In this document: positions 10,827 through 23,508 of the stretch, piece after piece
Position numbering within the stretch: the stretch's first letter is position 1
How the letters are laid out: each line of letters begins with the position of its first letter
Origin: a virus
Lineage: Duplodnaviria; Heunggongvirae; Uroviricota; Caudoviricetes
Length of the DNA: 41,736 nt
Reading direction: 5' to 3' (one strand)
IMG/VR virus record: IMGVR_UViG_2529292910_000010
Span: 1-41,736 of that record
The notes under the pieces: model-generated
What the model was told of the DNA's origin: nothing
Database searches by the model: none
Seen by the model: only the letters and a program-made list of their open reading frames with translations
Translations under genes and position numbers: made by a program

Positions 10827-11213
10827 TTATTGCATTCTGGCCAGGCCACGTTCTGTCATTTCGGCTGCCACACCGGCAGAGACACGGAACGCCGTTCCCG
10901 GCAGCACAAATGCCACAGTGTCATCCCGCGTGGCGTGAAGTGCATCAGTATGCAGCGTCACCAGTGCCACAACCGTGACCAGATCAGCCGTATCAGTCAC
11001 GGTATCCGGCTGCGCTGATACAACCTCATTTTCATGTCCGGTCAGCGCATTTTCCGGGCTGATAGGGGTATCCTGATCGGCAGTGTCATCAAGCTCCTCT
11101 TCCAGCTCTGCCACACGGAGCGCCAGTTCTTCTTTCGTTCCCGTCAGGCTGACATCACGGTTCAGTTGCTCACCCAGCTCCTGAAGACGGGCAATCAGTT
11201 CATCTTTCGTCAT
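10827..11213 (-). CDS. FI: DNA packaging protein FI
   Basis: start placed at MTKDELIARLQELGEQLNRDVSLTG (lambda gpFI start) inside ORF track entry 10827..11252. Confidence 0.85.
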   Translation of the reverse strand: MTKDELIARLQELGEQLNRDVSLTGTKEELALRVAELEEELDDTADQDTPISPENALTGHENEVVSAQPDTVTDTADLVTVVALVTLHTDALHATRDDTVAFVLPGTAFRVSAGVAAEMTERGLARMQ

Positions 11214-11254
11214 GAACTCCTCCACAGAGAGAAAATGGCCCCGAAGGGCCACGA

Positions 11255-12280
11255 TTACGCCAGTTGTACGGAAACGAACTCATCAGGGTCAGCCAGCAGC
11301 ATCAGCGGTGCTGACTGAATCATGGTGAACTCACGCGCCGGATCGCCGGTGGTCACCCAGTTTTTCGGGTAACGGGCAGAGGCGTTAATGCCTTCGCGCT
11401 GTGCATCCGCATCCTGAATGCAGCCATAGGTGCGCAGACCGCGTGCATGAGTGTTACCCAGCACCATCGTGTTGTCCGGCAGGAAGTTCTTTTTGACGCC
11501 GTTTTCCACGTACTGTCCGGAATACACGACGATGGCCACATCGCCATACATTCCCTTATAAGACACCGCTTTGCCCAGGTCTTTTACCGCTGTCTCCAGT
11601 TCGGAATGAGAGCCGCGACGGGTATCCAGCTTCTCCCTGACGGCTTTGAAGGAACGGAACAGCGCCCAGCCTTTCGGGTCAAACACGATGATATTCACCA
11701 CGCCGCTGGCGTTCAGCGCGTAGGCTTCGATATCGTCGGTCGGGTCATACGTGGACTTGTCACGCTTGCTCCATTCCGTGTCGCCGGACTGTGTGATGTT
11801 GTTCGCCGCACTGCGGCCCATATCCACCTCAACCGGATCAAAGGCTTCACCGGTCATGGTGTATTTGCCCTTAAGCACGGCAGAAACTGCCTGCATCTCT
11901 TCGACCTGGGCAATGGCCAGCTCTTCGTCACGCATGTTCTGCATGATGATGCGACGGCGGCGGTAAGCCGGGTCCGCCAGATTCTGCGGATCTTCATCCG
12001 GCAGGCGACGCAGGGTCATCTGCGGATTCACCTCATGCTTCGGCTTGACATATCCCGGCGTAAATTCAGAGGTGGAGCCGCCACGGGAACGGATAACCTC
12101 ACCGGAAACAATCGGCGAAACGTACAGCGCCATGTTTACCAGTCCCGGAATTTGTGAGAGATAAACTTTCTCCGTGGTGAAGGGATAGCTCTCACGGAAA
12201 AAGAGACGCAGAAACAGCGGATCAAACTTAAATTTATGCTCATTTGCCGCCAGCAGCTGGGCGGTTGTGTACATCGACAT
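11255..12280 (-). CDS. E: major capsid protein E
   Basis: start at MSMYTTAQLLAANE...; 341 aa, lambda gpE-like. Confidence 0.95.
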   Translation of the reverse strand: MSMYTTAQLLAANEHKFKFDPLFLRLFFRESYPFTTEKVYLSQIPGLVNMALYVSPIVSGEVIRSRGGSTSEFTPGYVKPKHEVNPQMTLRRLPDEDPQNLADPAYRRRRIIMQNMRDEELAIAQVEEMQAVSAVLKGKYTMTGEAFDPVEVDMGRSAANNITQSGDTEWSKRDKSTYDPTDDIEAYALNASGVVNIIVFDPKGWALFRSFKAVREKLDTRRGSHSELETAVKDLGKAVSYKGMYGDVAIVVYSGQYVENGVKKNFLPDNTMVLGNTHARGLRTYGCIQDADAQREGINASARYPKNWVTTGDPAREFTMIQSAPLMLLADPDEFVSVQLA

Positions 12281-12335
12281 AAAAAAATCCCGTAAAAAAA
12301 GCCGCACAGGCGGCCTTTAGTGATGAAGGGTAAGG

Positions 12336-12668
12336 TTAAACGATGCTGATTGCCGTTCCGGCAAACGCGGTCCGTTTTTTCGTCTCGTCGCTGGCAGCCT
12401 CCGGCCAGAGCACATCCTCATAACGGAACGTGCCGGACTTGTAGAACGTCAGCGTGGTGCTGGTCTGGTCAGCAGCAACCGCAAGAATGCCAACGGCAGC
12501 ACCGTCGGTGGTGCCATCCCACGCAACCAGCTTACGGGTGGAGGTGTCCAGCATCAGCGGGGTCATTGCAGGCGCTTTCGCACTCAATCCGCCGGGCGCG
12601 GTTGCGGTATGAGCCGGGTCACTGTTGCCCAGCGGCTGGTAATGGGTAAAGGTTTCTTTGCTCGTCAT
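12336..12668 (-). CDS. D: head decoration protein D
   Basis: [27 protein letters not shown]..., lambda gpD-like. Confidence 0.9.
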   Translation of the reverse strand: MTSKETFTHYQPLGNSDPAHTATAPGGLSAKAPAMTPLMLDTSTRKLVAWDGTTDGAAVGILAVAADQTSTTLTFYKSGTFRYEDVLWPEAASDETKKRTAFAGTAISIV

Positions 12669-12677
12669 AAACATCCC

Positions 12678-13977
12678 TTACACTGGTGTGTTCAGCAAAT
12701 CGTTAACGGCATCAGATGCCAGGTTACCTGCAGCCAGCGGTGCCGGTGCCCCCTGCATCAGACGATCCAGCGCAGTATCACTGCGCGCCTGTGCACTCTG
12801 TGGTGCTGCGGCCAGAATGCGGCGGGCCGTTTCCACTGTCATACCGGGGGTTTCTGCCAGCACGCGGGCCTGTTCTTCGCGTCCGTGAGCCTCCTCACAG
12901 TTGAGGATCCCCATAATGCGGCTGTTTTCTGCCGCAACCGCAGCGTTGATCTGCGCGTTCACGTCCGGCTGCGCCGCGCTGGCGTTTTCGCCCTCCATCG
13001 CTGGCACCACGCCAGTAACGTCAGCCTGCGAAGCAGTGGCTGAAACAGTTGTTGATTGAGTCTCTTTGGTCATTCGCCCTCCTGAGAGACGGGATTTACG
13101 TGCATCCAGTGCATCACGCATGATGGTGATCGCATCGGTACTGTTAACAAGTTCATCAGCCAGTCCGGCATCAATGGCCTCCTGACCGCTGTACACTGCA
13201 GCCTCGGTATCCAGCACAGCCTGCACGGACAGGCCGGTATATGCCGACACCTTCTGTGCAAACATCCGGCGGGTTGCATCCATCCGGGACTGCAGTGTTT
13301 CCCGGACATCATCCGGTAGATGGCTGTAGGGGTTGCCATCCACCTTATGGCTGCCGCTGTAAATCAGCGTGATTTCCACGCCCTGTTTCTCCAGCGCAGC
13401 ACCGTAATTACTGTGAGCCATCATGACGCCGATGGAGCCTGTCCGGGCGGTCTGCGTGACCAGACGCCGGGAGGCGGCACTGGCAAGCAGCTGACCTGCG
13501 CTGCAGTTCATGTCATTGGCCAGCGCCCATACCGGCTTTATGTCACGCACACGGGCGATGATGTCAGCGCAGTCAAATGCCCCTGCCACCATTCCGCCGG
13601 GCGTGTCCATATCCAGCAGAATGCCGTCCACCATCGGGTCGCTGGCAGCCTGTTGCAGACGGGCGATAATGCCGTTGTAACCGGTCATCCCCGAATACGG
13701 CTGCAGCGCCCGCGTCCGGCAGACCAGCGTGCCGGACACCGGCAGCACGGCGATGCCGTTCATGACCTGATAACTGCGTGCCTGTCGTGGTCCGTCATCA
13801 TTAACGGATAACGCCAGCTTCGCGGGTGCCTCTCCGGCAGTCAGGCTGTCACCGGACACCGCATCCGTCAGGCGGCTGATCCCAAGCTGGCCTGCAAGCG
13901 CACAAAAGAAAACCCGCGCATAGGCGGGTTCAAGCATAAGCGGCTCATTAAAGGCCATGCTGGCAATATGCGGGAGA

Positions 13978-13997
<20 letters not shown>
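12678..13997 (-). CDS. C: capsid maturation protease/scaffold C (S49 peptidase; nested Nu3 scaffold frame at its 3' end)
   Basis: start at GTG-coded VTAELRNLPHIASMAFNEPLM (lambda C start), overlapping the end of B by 20 nt as in lambda. Confidence 0.88.
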
Positions 13998-16737
<2,740 letters not shown>

Positions 16738-16741
<4 letters not shown>

Positions 16742-17148
16742 GCTGTCAGGCGGTTCCCGTCGAGAATACTGGCAATTTCACCTGCGATCCGCGACAGCAC
16801 GAAAGTACAGAATGCGGTTTCCACCACTTCAGCTGAGTCTCTGGCATTCTTCAGTTCCTGTGCGTCGGCCTGCGCACGCGTAAGTCGATGGCGTTCGTAC
16901 TCAATAGTCCCTGGCTGGAGATCTGTCTCGCTGGCCTGCCGCAGTTCTTCAACTTCCCGGCGCAGCTTTTCGTTCTCAATTTCAGCATCCCTTTCGGCAT
17001 ACCATTTTATAACGGCGGCAGAGTCATAAAGCACCTCATTACCCTTGCCACCGCCTCGCAGAACGGGCATTCCCTGCTCCTGCCAGTTCTGAATGGTACG
17101 GATACTCGCACCGAAAATGTCAGCCAGCTGCTTTTTGTTGACTTCCAT
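16738..17148 (-). CDS. nu1: terminase small subunit Nu1, truncated (136 aa, altered C-terminus)
   Basis: MEVNKKQLADIFGASIRTIQNWQEQGMPVLRGGGKGNEVLYDSAAV... matches lambda Nu1 up to ...IASILDG, then NRLTA-stop instead of the remaining ~47 residues. Confidence 0.85.
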
Positions 17149-17149
17149 T

Positions 17150-17340
17150 GTTCATTCCACGGCCCAAAACAGAGAAAGGAAACGACAGAGGCCCAAAAGT
17201 TCGTTTTCAGCACCTGTCGCTTCCTTTCTTTTCAGGGGGTATTTTAAATAAAAACATTAAGTTACGACGAAGAAGAACGGAAACGCCTTAAACCGGAAAA
17301 TTTTCATAAATAGCGAAAACCCGCGAGGTCGCCGCCCCGT
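17150..17340 (-). other. cos site (cosB region plus cosN GGGCGGCGACCT at 17326-17337)
   Basis: reverse complement reads GGGGCGGCGACCTCGCGGGTTTTCGCTATTTATGAAAATTTTCCGGTTTAAGGCGTTTCCGTTCTTCTTCGTCGTAACTTAATG..., matching the lambda left end/cos as recalled. Confidence 0.85.
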
Positions 17341-17543
17341 AACCGGTCGGATCGCCGGAAAGGACCCACGAAATGATAATGATTATCATCTATATAAGGT
17401 TTATCACAACATGTGTGTACGCCATCAAACCACGAGAAATAATCAATTATGACGCAGGTATCGTATTAATTGATCTGCGTCAAATTAACGTAAAAGCAAC
17501 TTCTGATAATACAAATCAGCAACACTGAATATGGGGAAACATT

Positions 17544-17729
17544 ATGTCATCAAAGAACAGAACGCGCAGAACAACAACCCGCAACATCCGATTTCCAAAC
17601 CAGATGATTGAACAAATTAACATCGCTCTTGATCTGAAAGGTTCAGGAAACTTTTCAGCGTGGGTTATTGAAGCCTGCAGAAGAAGGCTGTCAACAGAGA
17701 GTTCGGGTATGAATTACATAATTAAGTAA
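17544..17729 (+). CDS. small ribbon-helix-helix-like DNA-binding protein
   Basis: 61-aa ORF with basic N-terminus (NRTRRTTTRNIRF) followed by PNQMIEQINIALDLKGSGNFSAWVIEACRRRL; SD-like gggga upstream; sits in AT-rich island. Confidence 0.4.
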   Translation: MSSKNRTRRTTTRNIRFPNQMIEQINIALDLKGSGNFSAWVIEACRRRLSTESSGMNYIIK

Positions 17730-18352
17730 CATGGTGTTCACAGAACACGCAGTTACCGGACACATCAGTTTTCCATTCGCTCCCTGGCAGTACAGGCTTC
17801 CCCTCTGACGGGATAGCCTGAAAAAATAACACAGAAAATTATTTGTTATAATTAATATAACTTACTCAAAAAAAAGCGACGAGAAAATCAGCATCAACGA
17901 ACAATAAGCGCCAATACGTGATAACAAATGGCAGCCATATTTATCTGCAGTATAAGCAATGGACAGGATAACCACACCAGAAACCGTCAGCATAAAATCC
18001 ATTTGAACTTCCCCGGACAAAATCGACTCATCTAAAGATTTACAGCTCTTTTTATTATCAATATGTTAAAAGTAAAATAAACAGATGTTCAATAACACGA
18101 ATACAAAAACGTGCTGAAATTCAATGAATCCATTTCTGTGTCATCAATTAATAGTGATAAACATCCGGCTTCTTCCACCATCGCACCGGACAGGCGACTA
18201 TGAGGGGACAACGCCGCGCTCCGTTAACGCGGTAAACCCCGGTGTGTATCGTTTTTGATTATCCCCGCACACTCGCGCAGAGGAGTCTCCCTGTCGGGCT
18301 GCGGTCTCTGTTAATGCGGGGATACGGCGACAATACCGCGCATCAGCAAAAC

Positions 18353-18820
18353 TTATTTCAGGCACTGAGTGCGGATATAGTCCTGTGCCCCTTCCAGTTG
18401 CTTCTGCATCGTCATCAGCCGCTCTCTGAGGGTGAAATAATCCCGTGTAACGGTGTCTGCCAGTTGGGGGCCGGTTGCATTATCCACGCGGGCGGTGCCG
18501 GTGGCTTCACGCACGGGACCTGGACAGGTGGCGTTGATCCGCAGGCTGCGGTGACCAGCGGCAACGTCAGCGCGAAGAGTTTCATTTTCAGCTCTCGCAT
18601 CGGCTAATTCCCTCGAGTATCTGGCATCAAGTGCAGCAACATCACGCTGGCGCTGCTGCATATCAGTAATGGTTGCATTTGCCAGCTCCAGCTCACTGAC
18701 TTTTTTATCGCGCTGCTCTTTGTAGGTTATGGCGTTATCACGGTAATGATTCAGCCCCAGACTAAGCGCACCACAGGCCACCAGCAGGGCAATGATGACC
18801 ACGCACAGTACGCGGTTCAT
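18353..18820 (-). CDS. Rz: i-spanin Rz
   Basis: 155 aa, N-terminal TM helix then coiled-coil periplasmic domain. Confidence 0.85.
   Translation of the reverse strand: MNRVLCVVIIALLVACGALSLGLNHYRDNAITYKEQRDKKVSELELANATITDMQQRQRDVAALDARYSRELADARAENETLRADVAAGHRSLRINATCPGPVREATGTARVDNATGPQLADTVTRDYFTLRERLMTMQKQLEGAQDYIRTQCLK
18415..18600 (-). CDS. Rz1: o-spanin Rz1 (lipoprotein embedded in Rz in another frame)
   Basis: 61 aa with signal peptide and lipobox LVTAAC, Pro-rich mature part, fully inside Rz. Confidence 0.75.
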   Translation of the reverse strand: MRELKMKLFALTLPLVTAACGSTPPVQVPCVKPPAPPAWIMQPAPNWQTPLHGIISPSESG

Positions 18821-18999
18821 TTCACCACCAGCGTATCTGACCGATGAAATAACCGGAGGCCATAATCACAAACACCAGCCAGATAAGAATGAACTTCCAG
18901 GTGGATAATTTTTCAGCCATCACTCGAATCTCCCGAATCAGTTTGCTAAAATCAAACACACTTTCTCCTTTGACTTTTCCAGAGTCAGGAAACACAAAA

Positions 19000-19031
19000 C
19001 CCCGCTTGCAGCCAACAAACGGGGTTTTTAC
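19000..19031. terminator. hairpin with T-runs on both strands between endolysin and Rz
   Basis: 9-bp stem ccccgcttg/caaacgggg (one mismatch), 7-nt loop, tttttactttt downstream on plus strand and U-rich flank on minus. Confidence 0.5.
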
Positions 19032-19118
19032 TTTTATTCACTTAGTTTTTGTCAGTTCGCAGGATTTCGTGTTATCCGCCCGCGTGGCCATACCTTATTT
19101 TTCAGCAAAATATTCTGC

Positions 19119-19652
19119 TTATCTGTCGATACCCCAGCACGCCAGCGCGCTCTCCTGGTCACGACGGGATACCTGACCGTAGCAGTTGTTTGAACGAATA
19201 CGGCAGTCTCTGCCACCGTCCTTAATCCACCAGCGAATCGCCTCACACGCTCCCCTGCGATCACCTGCATTAATTCGTTTATAAAACGTCGACGGAAAAC
19301 ACTTACCGGGGCCAATGTTGTACGGACAGAATGACGCGATCCCCGCTTTCTGGGGTTCACTCAATGGCACTCTGATGTTTTTCTCCACCCATGCCAGCGC
19401 CTTATCACGCTCAATGGCGTTAACCCGGTCGCATTTTTCCTTCGACAACTTCATGCCCGGGACGACAGGTTTACTATCCACCAGGATGGCACCGCGGCAG
19501 ATGGTCCAGATACCCGCGCCATCACGGTATGCCGTGGTGTGGTTACCTTCCTTTTCATCCAGAAACTGGTCGAGGATTTCAGGCGCAGGCGCACCTGCGG
19601 CAATCAGCGCCAGAACGGCAGCCGACAGGCCGTATTTGATTTTGGTGTTCAT
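19119..19652 (-). CDS. R: SAR endolysin (lysozyme R, phage 21 type)
   Basis: 177 aa; N-terminal signal-anchor-release segment KYGLSAAVLALIAAGA then lysozyme-like domain. Confidence 0.9.
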   Translation of the reverse strand: MNTKIKYGLSAAVLALIAAGAPAPEILDQFLDEKEGNHTTAYRDGAGIWTICRGAILVDSKPVVPGMKLSKEKCDRVNAIERDKALAWVEKNIRVPLSEPQKAGIASFCPYNIGPGKCFPSTFYKRINAGDRRGACEAIRWWIKDGGRDCRIRSNNCYGQVSRRDQESALACWGIDR

Positions 19653-19702
19653 GGATATTTATCAGGGTTTATCGATTTCAAATCCCTGGATATGTTAAGT
19701 CT

Positions 19703-20047
19703 TCAGGCCAGCGGTGGAGTCTTCAGAGAACCAGTAATTATTCCCGGTAGTTTTCCTCTGTAGGTTATCAACACATCCTGCGCCTCTAAAATTACGGGGC
19801 GCTTTTCCGGCAACGGACCATCCCCTTCACATAACCCGGCAGCAACATCCATGAAAAACTGCTTCGCCTGCTTTTTCGCCTCAGCTTCGTAAAACTCCAG
19901 CGTGGCATCTTCAGTACGGTCAAGACTAATCGCCACATCTGGCAACAACAGTGACGGATACCCACCAATTTCCAGTGCCACAGTAACAGTAATCTTATTC
20001 GGGTAATTATTTATCCCTTTAACAACCAGTTCGTATTTTTTCTTCAT
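19703..20047 (-). CDS. hypothetical protein inside the lysis cassette (between holin and endolysin)
   Basis: 114-aa ORF tightly packed between S and R; no family recognised. Confidence 0.5.
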   Translation of the reverse strand: MKKKYELVVKGINNYPNKITVTVALEIGGYPSLLLPDVAISLDRTEDATLEFYEAEAKKQAKQFFMDVAAGLCEGDGPLPEKRPVILEAQDVLITYRGKLPGIITGSLKTPPLA

Positions 20048-20051
20048 CGCT

Positions 20052-20267
20052 TTACTCTCCCCGCGCCGCCTTACGACGGTCCTCTCTGATTTTGAAATAC
20101 AGGTTAGTCAGATATGTCAGCAGCCCAAACAACAGACTCCCCAGCACGCCTATTGCCGCCCACTGAGACGGGGAAACCCTGTCCAGCAGCTGCAGGAACC
20201 AGTAGCCCGTCCCCACCGCTGACGTGGTGTATGACACACCTGTTGTGATTTTTTCCATCTGGTACAT
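20052..20267 (-). CDS. S: class II holin / pinholin (S21-like)
   Basis: 71 aa ...[51 protein letters not shown] matches phage 21 holin as recalled. Confidence 0.9.
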   Translation of the reverse strand: MYQMEKITTGVSYTTSAVGTGYWFLQLLDRVSPSQWAAIGVLGSLLFGLLTYLTNLYFKIREDRRKAARGE

Positions 20268-20342
20268 ACCCCGTCTCCCGCAATCCGGAAGCTCACAACA
20301 ACAAGTGGGGCATCAGCTCACACCGACACCCCCTGCGCATGG

Positions 20343-20612
20343 TTACATCATCATTTCGCCGTCAGGCTGAGGCCCTTCACTACCGTCAGGCTGAGACCCG
20401 ACGCCATCTGAAACAGCACTGTCATCCGCAATGCCTTCCGGCTCCGGAACAGTCGGTGCGCCCAGCAGTTCATCCAGAATTGAATCCACTTCTGCATCAA
20501 GACGCGCCTCAAGGTTCTGCCGAAGTTGCTGTTTCAGTGCGCTCCGGACTTCTTCAGAGCGCAGAACTTCCTTCACTGCCTCAGCAGTGACCAGCGATTT
20601 TATTTCTGACAT
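20343..20612 (-). CDS. hypothetical small protein with acidic C-terminus
   Basis: start placed at MSEIKSLVTAEAVKEV... inside ORF track entry 20343..20786. Confidence 0.45.
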   Translation of the reverse strand: MSEIKSLVTAEAVKEVLRSEEVRSALKQQLRQNLEARLDAEVDSILDELLGAPTVPEPEGIADDSAVSDGVGSQPDGSEGPQPDGEMMM

Positions 20613-20637
20613 AGGATTTTCTCGTTGAAATGGGTTA

Positions 20638-20832
20638 TTAAGAAGGTTGTTCCGGAATGAGTGGGGCTTCTGTTTTTGCTCCGGCTGACTGACTGGCGCT
20701 GATTTTCTCTGCGGCCCTTTTATCAATCTGCCTGCGCCAGAAATCGCGCACTGCCCTGTACCCACCCGAAAGAAGATACAGCACACAGACCGCCGTACAG
20801 AAGTACAGCATCACCTGATGAATAAATGTCAT
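20638..20832 (-). CDS. hypothetical small membrane protein
   Basis: 64 aa with one hydrophobic helix (VMLYFCTAVCVLYLL). Confidence 0.4.
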   Translation of the reverse strand: MTFIHQVMLYFCTAVCVLYLLSGGYRAVRDFWRRQIDKRAAEKISASQSAGAKTEAPLIPEQPS

Positions 20833-20967
20833 AGTTTCTTACCGTTATGGTTGACAATGAGAACTGTTTTCATTTAAAAAACCGATATACGAAAGCATCT
20901 TTTCTTTACATTCTCCATTGGGATTACCTCCGCCAGCTTCCGTTCCTGCCGCTGGCGGCTTTTTTTA

Positions 20968-22929
20968 TCATGCCGCGGCATCCGCGTTGTTCACTTCCAC
21001 CTTCACACTGTCAATCAGCAGCGTATATGTCGCCGCCTTTGATATGCCTGTCAGTTGCAGTTTGTCCGCCGCCCCTGATGCCGGAGATTTCACCAGTGTG
21101 AACGGCGTCCCCCGTTTCTCATCCAGTACCGGCGTCACCTGAATGCTGTTGTTTCCGGCAAACTCAAAAGCCAGTGTGTGCCATCCGTTATCAAAGACCC
21201 CGAACGTATCCAGCTTCGCATTCGGCTTCTTGTGGTACATCGCGTTCAGGTTCGTCGCATCCGTCTGCAGGAAGAAGGACATCAGCATGTCGTTGCCTTC
21301 CTCTGCCAGCGTCACTCCCTCCGGCAGGGACGACAACTGCCAGTAAATGCCCAGGGCAAACCGATTCGGCACCAGTGAACCCGGCAACTTAAACCGTACG
21401 CTCACACGTCCCCCCTTCTTCAGTAACTCCACTCCCTGTCCGGCTGCATCATGCTCCAGAAACCAGATGTGGTTTTCCGGTTTATTCAGTTGCAGGGCCT
21501 TACCTCCCGTAGCCCCCGCATCACTGACCACCGCTTCAGCAATGTTTTTGTTAACATTGTCTCCGCTCGCCGGTTTGTGATAATAGCGCCAGCCCTGTGA
21601 TGCCAGGTCTTCGCCGGACGCCAGCAGACTCATCAGGGTTCGGTTACTGACCGGGGCTTCCGGCTCTCTCTCCGTACCTTCACCGGAAGGTCCGGTGGGC
21701 TTCACCGTATCAGGCTGTTTTCCGGTAATGAATTCAGCGGTTCTCCCGGCATGCACAAGAATCGCCGTTGCCAGACGGTCGGAAATAATCCCACGACGTG
21801 CCCATGATCCAAAATGCGTTTTACGGTCGGCCGTCGTCCAGGTTTTGGCGTCCGTTCGACCACCGGCTCCGTAATACCCAATATCCGCAACATCCGGATC
21901 TTCTGACGGCTCGTTGGTACCCACATTTCGCCCGTTTTCATCCGTCATAAACGGCACAAAGAAGATTTTTTTTGCGGATTTCGTCTTGTATGCACCATAC
22001 ACCGCATCGTATTGCGAAGAATAAGTCTGCTTCCAGTAGTAGGTCGTGTCGCCACAAATCCAGGGAACCGATGACGGAGAGCCCCCGAGACACTGACCTC
22101 CGGATTCCGACAGGTCAGAACGATATTTTTCCACCATGGAATCAAACAGCCCCGGCTGAGTGGCGTATGCACCCTGTTTCAAATCAAACTCGCCCTGCAT
22201 CCAGACCACTGCAAGCAGAATATTTTTAGGGTTAGCCTTCAGTGCGGCCTGAGTACGGGTAAGCAGGTCCTTGTACAGTGGCTTATCTACACCCCAGCGT
22301 GCCGAGGTCTCGCTTGCGCCGGTGGATTCGCTGAAGGTACCTTCATCGCCCGCCAAAAATGCAGAACCACCACGGCAGCACGGAACCAGAAGAATACCGG
22401 CATTCGCCGGAATAAACGGCAACAATTTCTTCGCGATATGTAATCCCTGCCCCACGCATCCATACTGAGCTGCGCTAGCTTTCGGGTGTGAAAACTTACT
22501 CAAATCCTGAACATCATGCAGGCAGTGGTCCGCAGGAATAATGTCATTGTAGTTACAGGACGCACCACCCGGCGTGACAGTGCTGCGACGCGCCAGCTGT
22601 TTAATACGCGGGTCCGGACGGTCATATGTCTCCGGCAGCGGAAGCCCTTCACCATACGCCATACCGTTTGACTGCCCGGCCAGGGCAACAACAAAGTAAT
22701 ACTCCGGGTTGCTGGTGGTGCTGATAACTGCGCCTTCTCCATCCGACGGCTTCACCACCACAGGTGTGGTGACATCACCTTCCGCCGCAATGGCCTGCAT
22801 CAGGGTATAAGGCGTGATGGCCACCGGACTGCCAAATGGCTGCCACCCCTCCTTCAGTTTTTGTGTCAGTCGCTCCGCAAGGTCTGACGGCGACGCCGCC
22901 CTGACCACGTCATAGTGTTTAAATGCCAT
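20968..22929 (-). CDS. nanS: prophage 9-O-acetylneuraminic acid esterase NanS-p-like (DUF1737 N-terminus plus SGNH/SASA esterase plus C-terminal domain)
   Basis: 653 aa beginning MAFKHYDVVRAASPSDLAERLTQKLKEGWQPFGSPV; size, N-terminus and position (between tRNA genes and holin) match the Stx-phage NanS-p/YjhS-like gene as recalled. Confidence 0.8.
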   Translation of the reverse strand: MAFKHYDVVRAASPSDLAERLTQKLKEGWQPFGSPVAITPYTLMQAIAAEGDVTTPVVVKPSDGEGAVISTTSNPEYYFVVALAGQSNGMAYGEGLPLPETYDRPDPRIKQLARRSTVTPGGASCNYNDIIPADHCLHDVQDLSKFSHPKASAAQYGCVGQGLHIAKKLLPFIPANAGILLVPCCRGGSAFLAGDEGTFSESTGASETSARWGVDKPLYKDLLTRTQAALKANPKNILLAVVWMQGEFDLKQGAYATQPGLFDSMVEKYRSDLSESGGQCLGGSPSSVPWICGDTTYYWKQTYSSQYDAVYGAYKTKSAKKIFFVPFMTDENGRNVGTNEPSEDPDVADIGYYGAGGRTDAKTWTTADRKTHFGSWARRGIISDRLATAILVHAGRTAEFITGKQPDTVKPTGPSGEGTEREPEAPVSNRTLMSLLASGEDLASQGWRYYHKPASGDNVNKNIAEAVVSDAGATGGKALQLNKPENHIWFLEHDAAGQGVELLKKGGRVSVRFKLPGSLVPNRFALGIYWQLSSLPEGVTLAEEGNDMLMSFFLQTDATNLNAMYHKKPNAKLDTFGVFDNGWHTLAFEFAGNNSIQVTPVLDEKRGTPFTLVKSPASGAADKLQLTGISKAATYTLLIDSVKVEVNNADAAA

Positions 22930-23378
22930 GAATCCTCCCGGCCTGGATAATATTGTGAGTAAAATGAGGAGCGGGCTGAAGTCCGGAAGTTACAGGACAA
23001 TGGCAGAAGATAGACAACAGCCCGCAATACGAAAAAGGCCGCGCTATTGCGCAGAGTGATTACTGTCGGATATTATTCGCCAGCTGAAATATTACTTCAC
23101 GTTTTGTTGTTTATTCCTTGCCGCCCGCGTCTCCCTGCGCGGGCTTTTTTTGTCCATAAGAAAGCCCCTCCGGAGAGGGGCTGGAGAGTGGCACTATGTG
23201 CCATTGCATGGTGCCGGGTGCCTCCCGGTGAATTCAGTACCAGCACCTGAATCCGCGATTATCCCATATACCTACTCGCTGATTGCCCCTCCGCACAGGG
23301 GGATTCACCATGCCAGTTTCTTTTAACAAACTCCCCGCAAACCAGACAACAGTCAACCGCCTGAATTGTGAGACATTT

Positions 23379-23402
23379 AAAAAAAAGCCCGCAAAAGCGA
23401 GC
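23379..23402 (-). terminator. intrinsic terminator downstream of the tRNA cluster
   Basis: minus strand gctcgc-tttt-gcgggc hairpin followed by U8. Confidence 0.6.
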
Positions 23403-23417
23403 CAGGGAAAATAAGTG

Positions 23418-23494
23418 TGGCGCGTTCTACTGTATTCGAACCAGTGACCGATTGCTTAGAAGGCAATTGCTCTGTCCGGCTGAGCTAACAACGC
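23418..23494 (-). tRNA. tRNA-Arg (anticodon UCU)
   Basis: reverse complement GCGTTGTTAGCTCAGCCGGACAGAGCAATTGCCTTCTAAGCAATCGGTCACTGGTTCGAATCCAGTAGAACGCGCCA; cloverleaf with anticodon loop CTTCTAA, T-loop TTCGAAT, encoded CCA. Confidence 0.85.
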
Positions 23495-23508
23495 AGGATA
23501 CAGATAAT

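Noticed and set aside
17373-17389. Near-perfect palindrome atgataatgattatcat close to cos
   Set aside because: Lies in the region corresponding to the conserved lambda right end next to cosN; most likely part of the cos flank rather than a novel operator.
18889-19176. 95-aa plus-strand ORF between Rz and the endolysin
   Set aside because: Runs straight through the terminator hairpin and overlaps the endolysin gene antisense; judged spurious.
22930-23418. Search for stxA/stxB in the interval between nanS-p and the tRNA genes
   Set aside because: Interval is under 500 bp with no ORF of suitable size.
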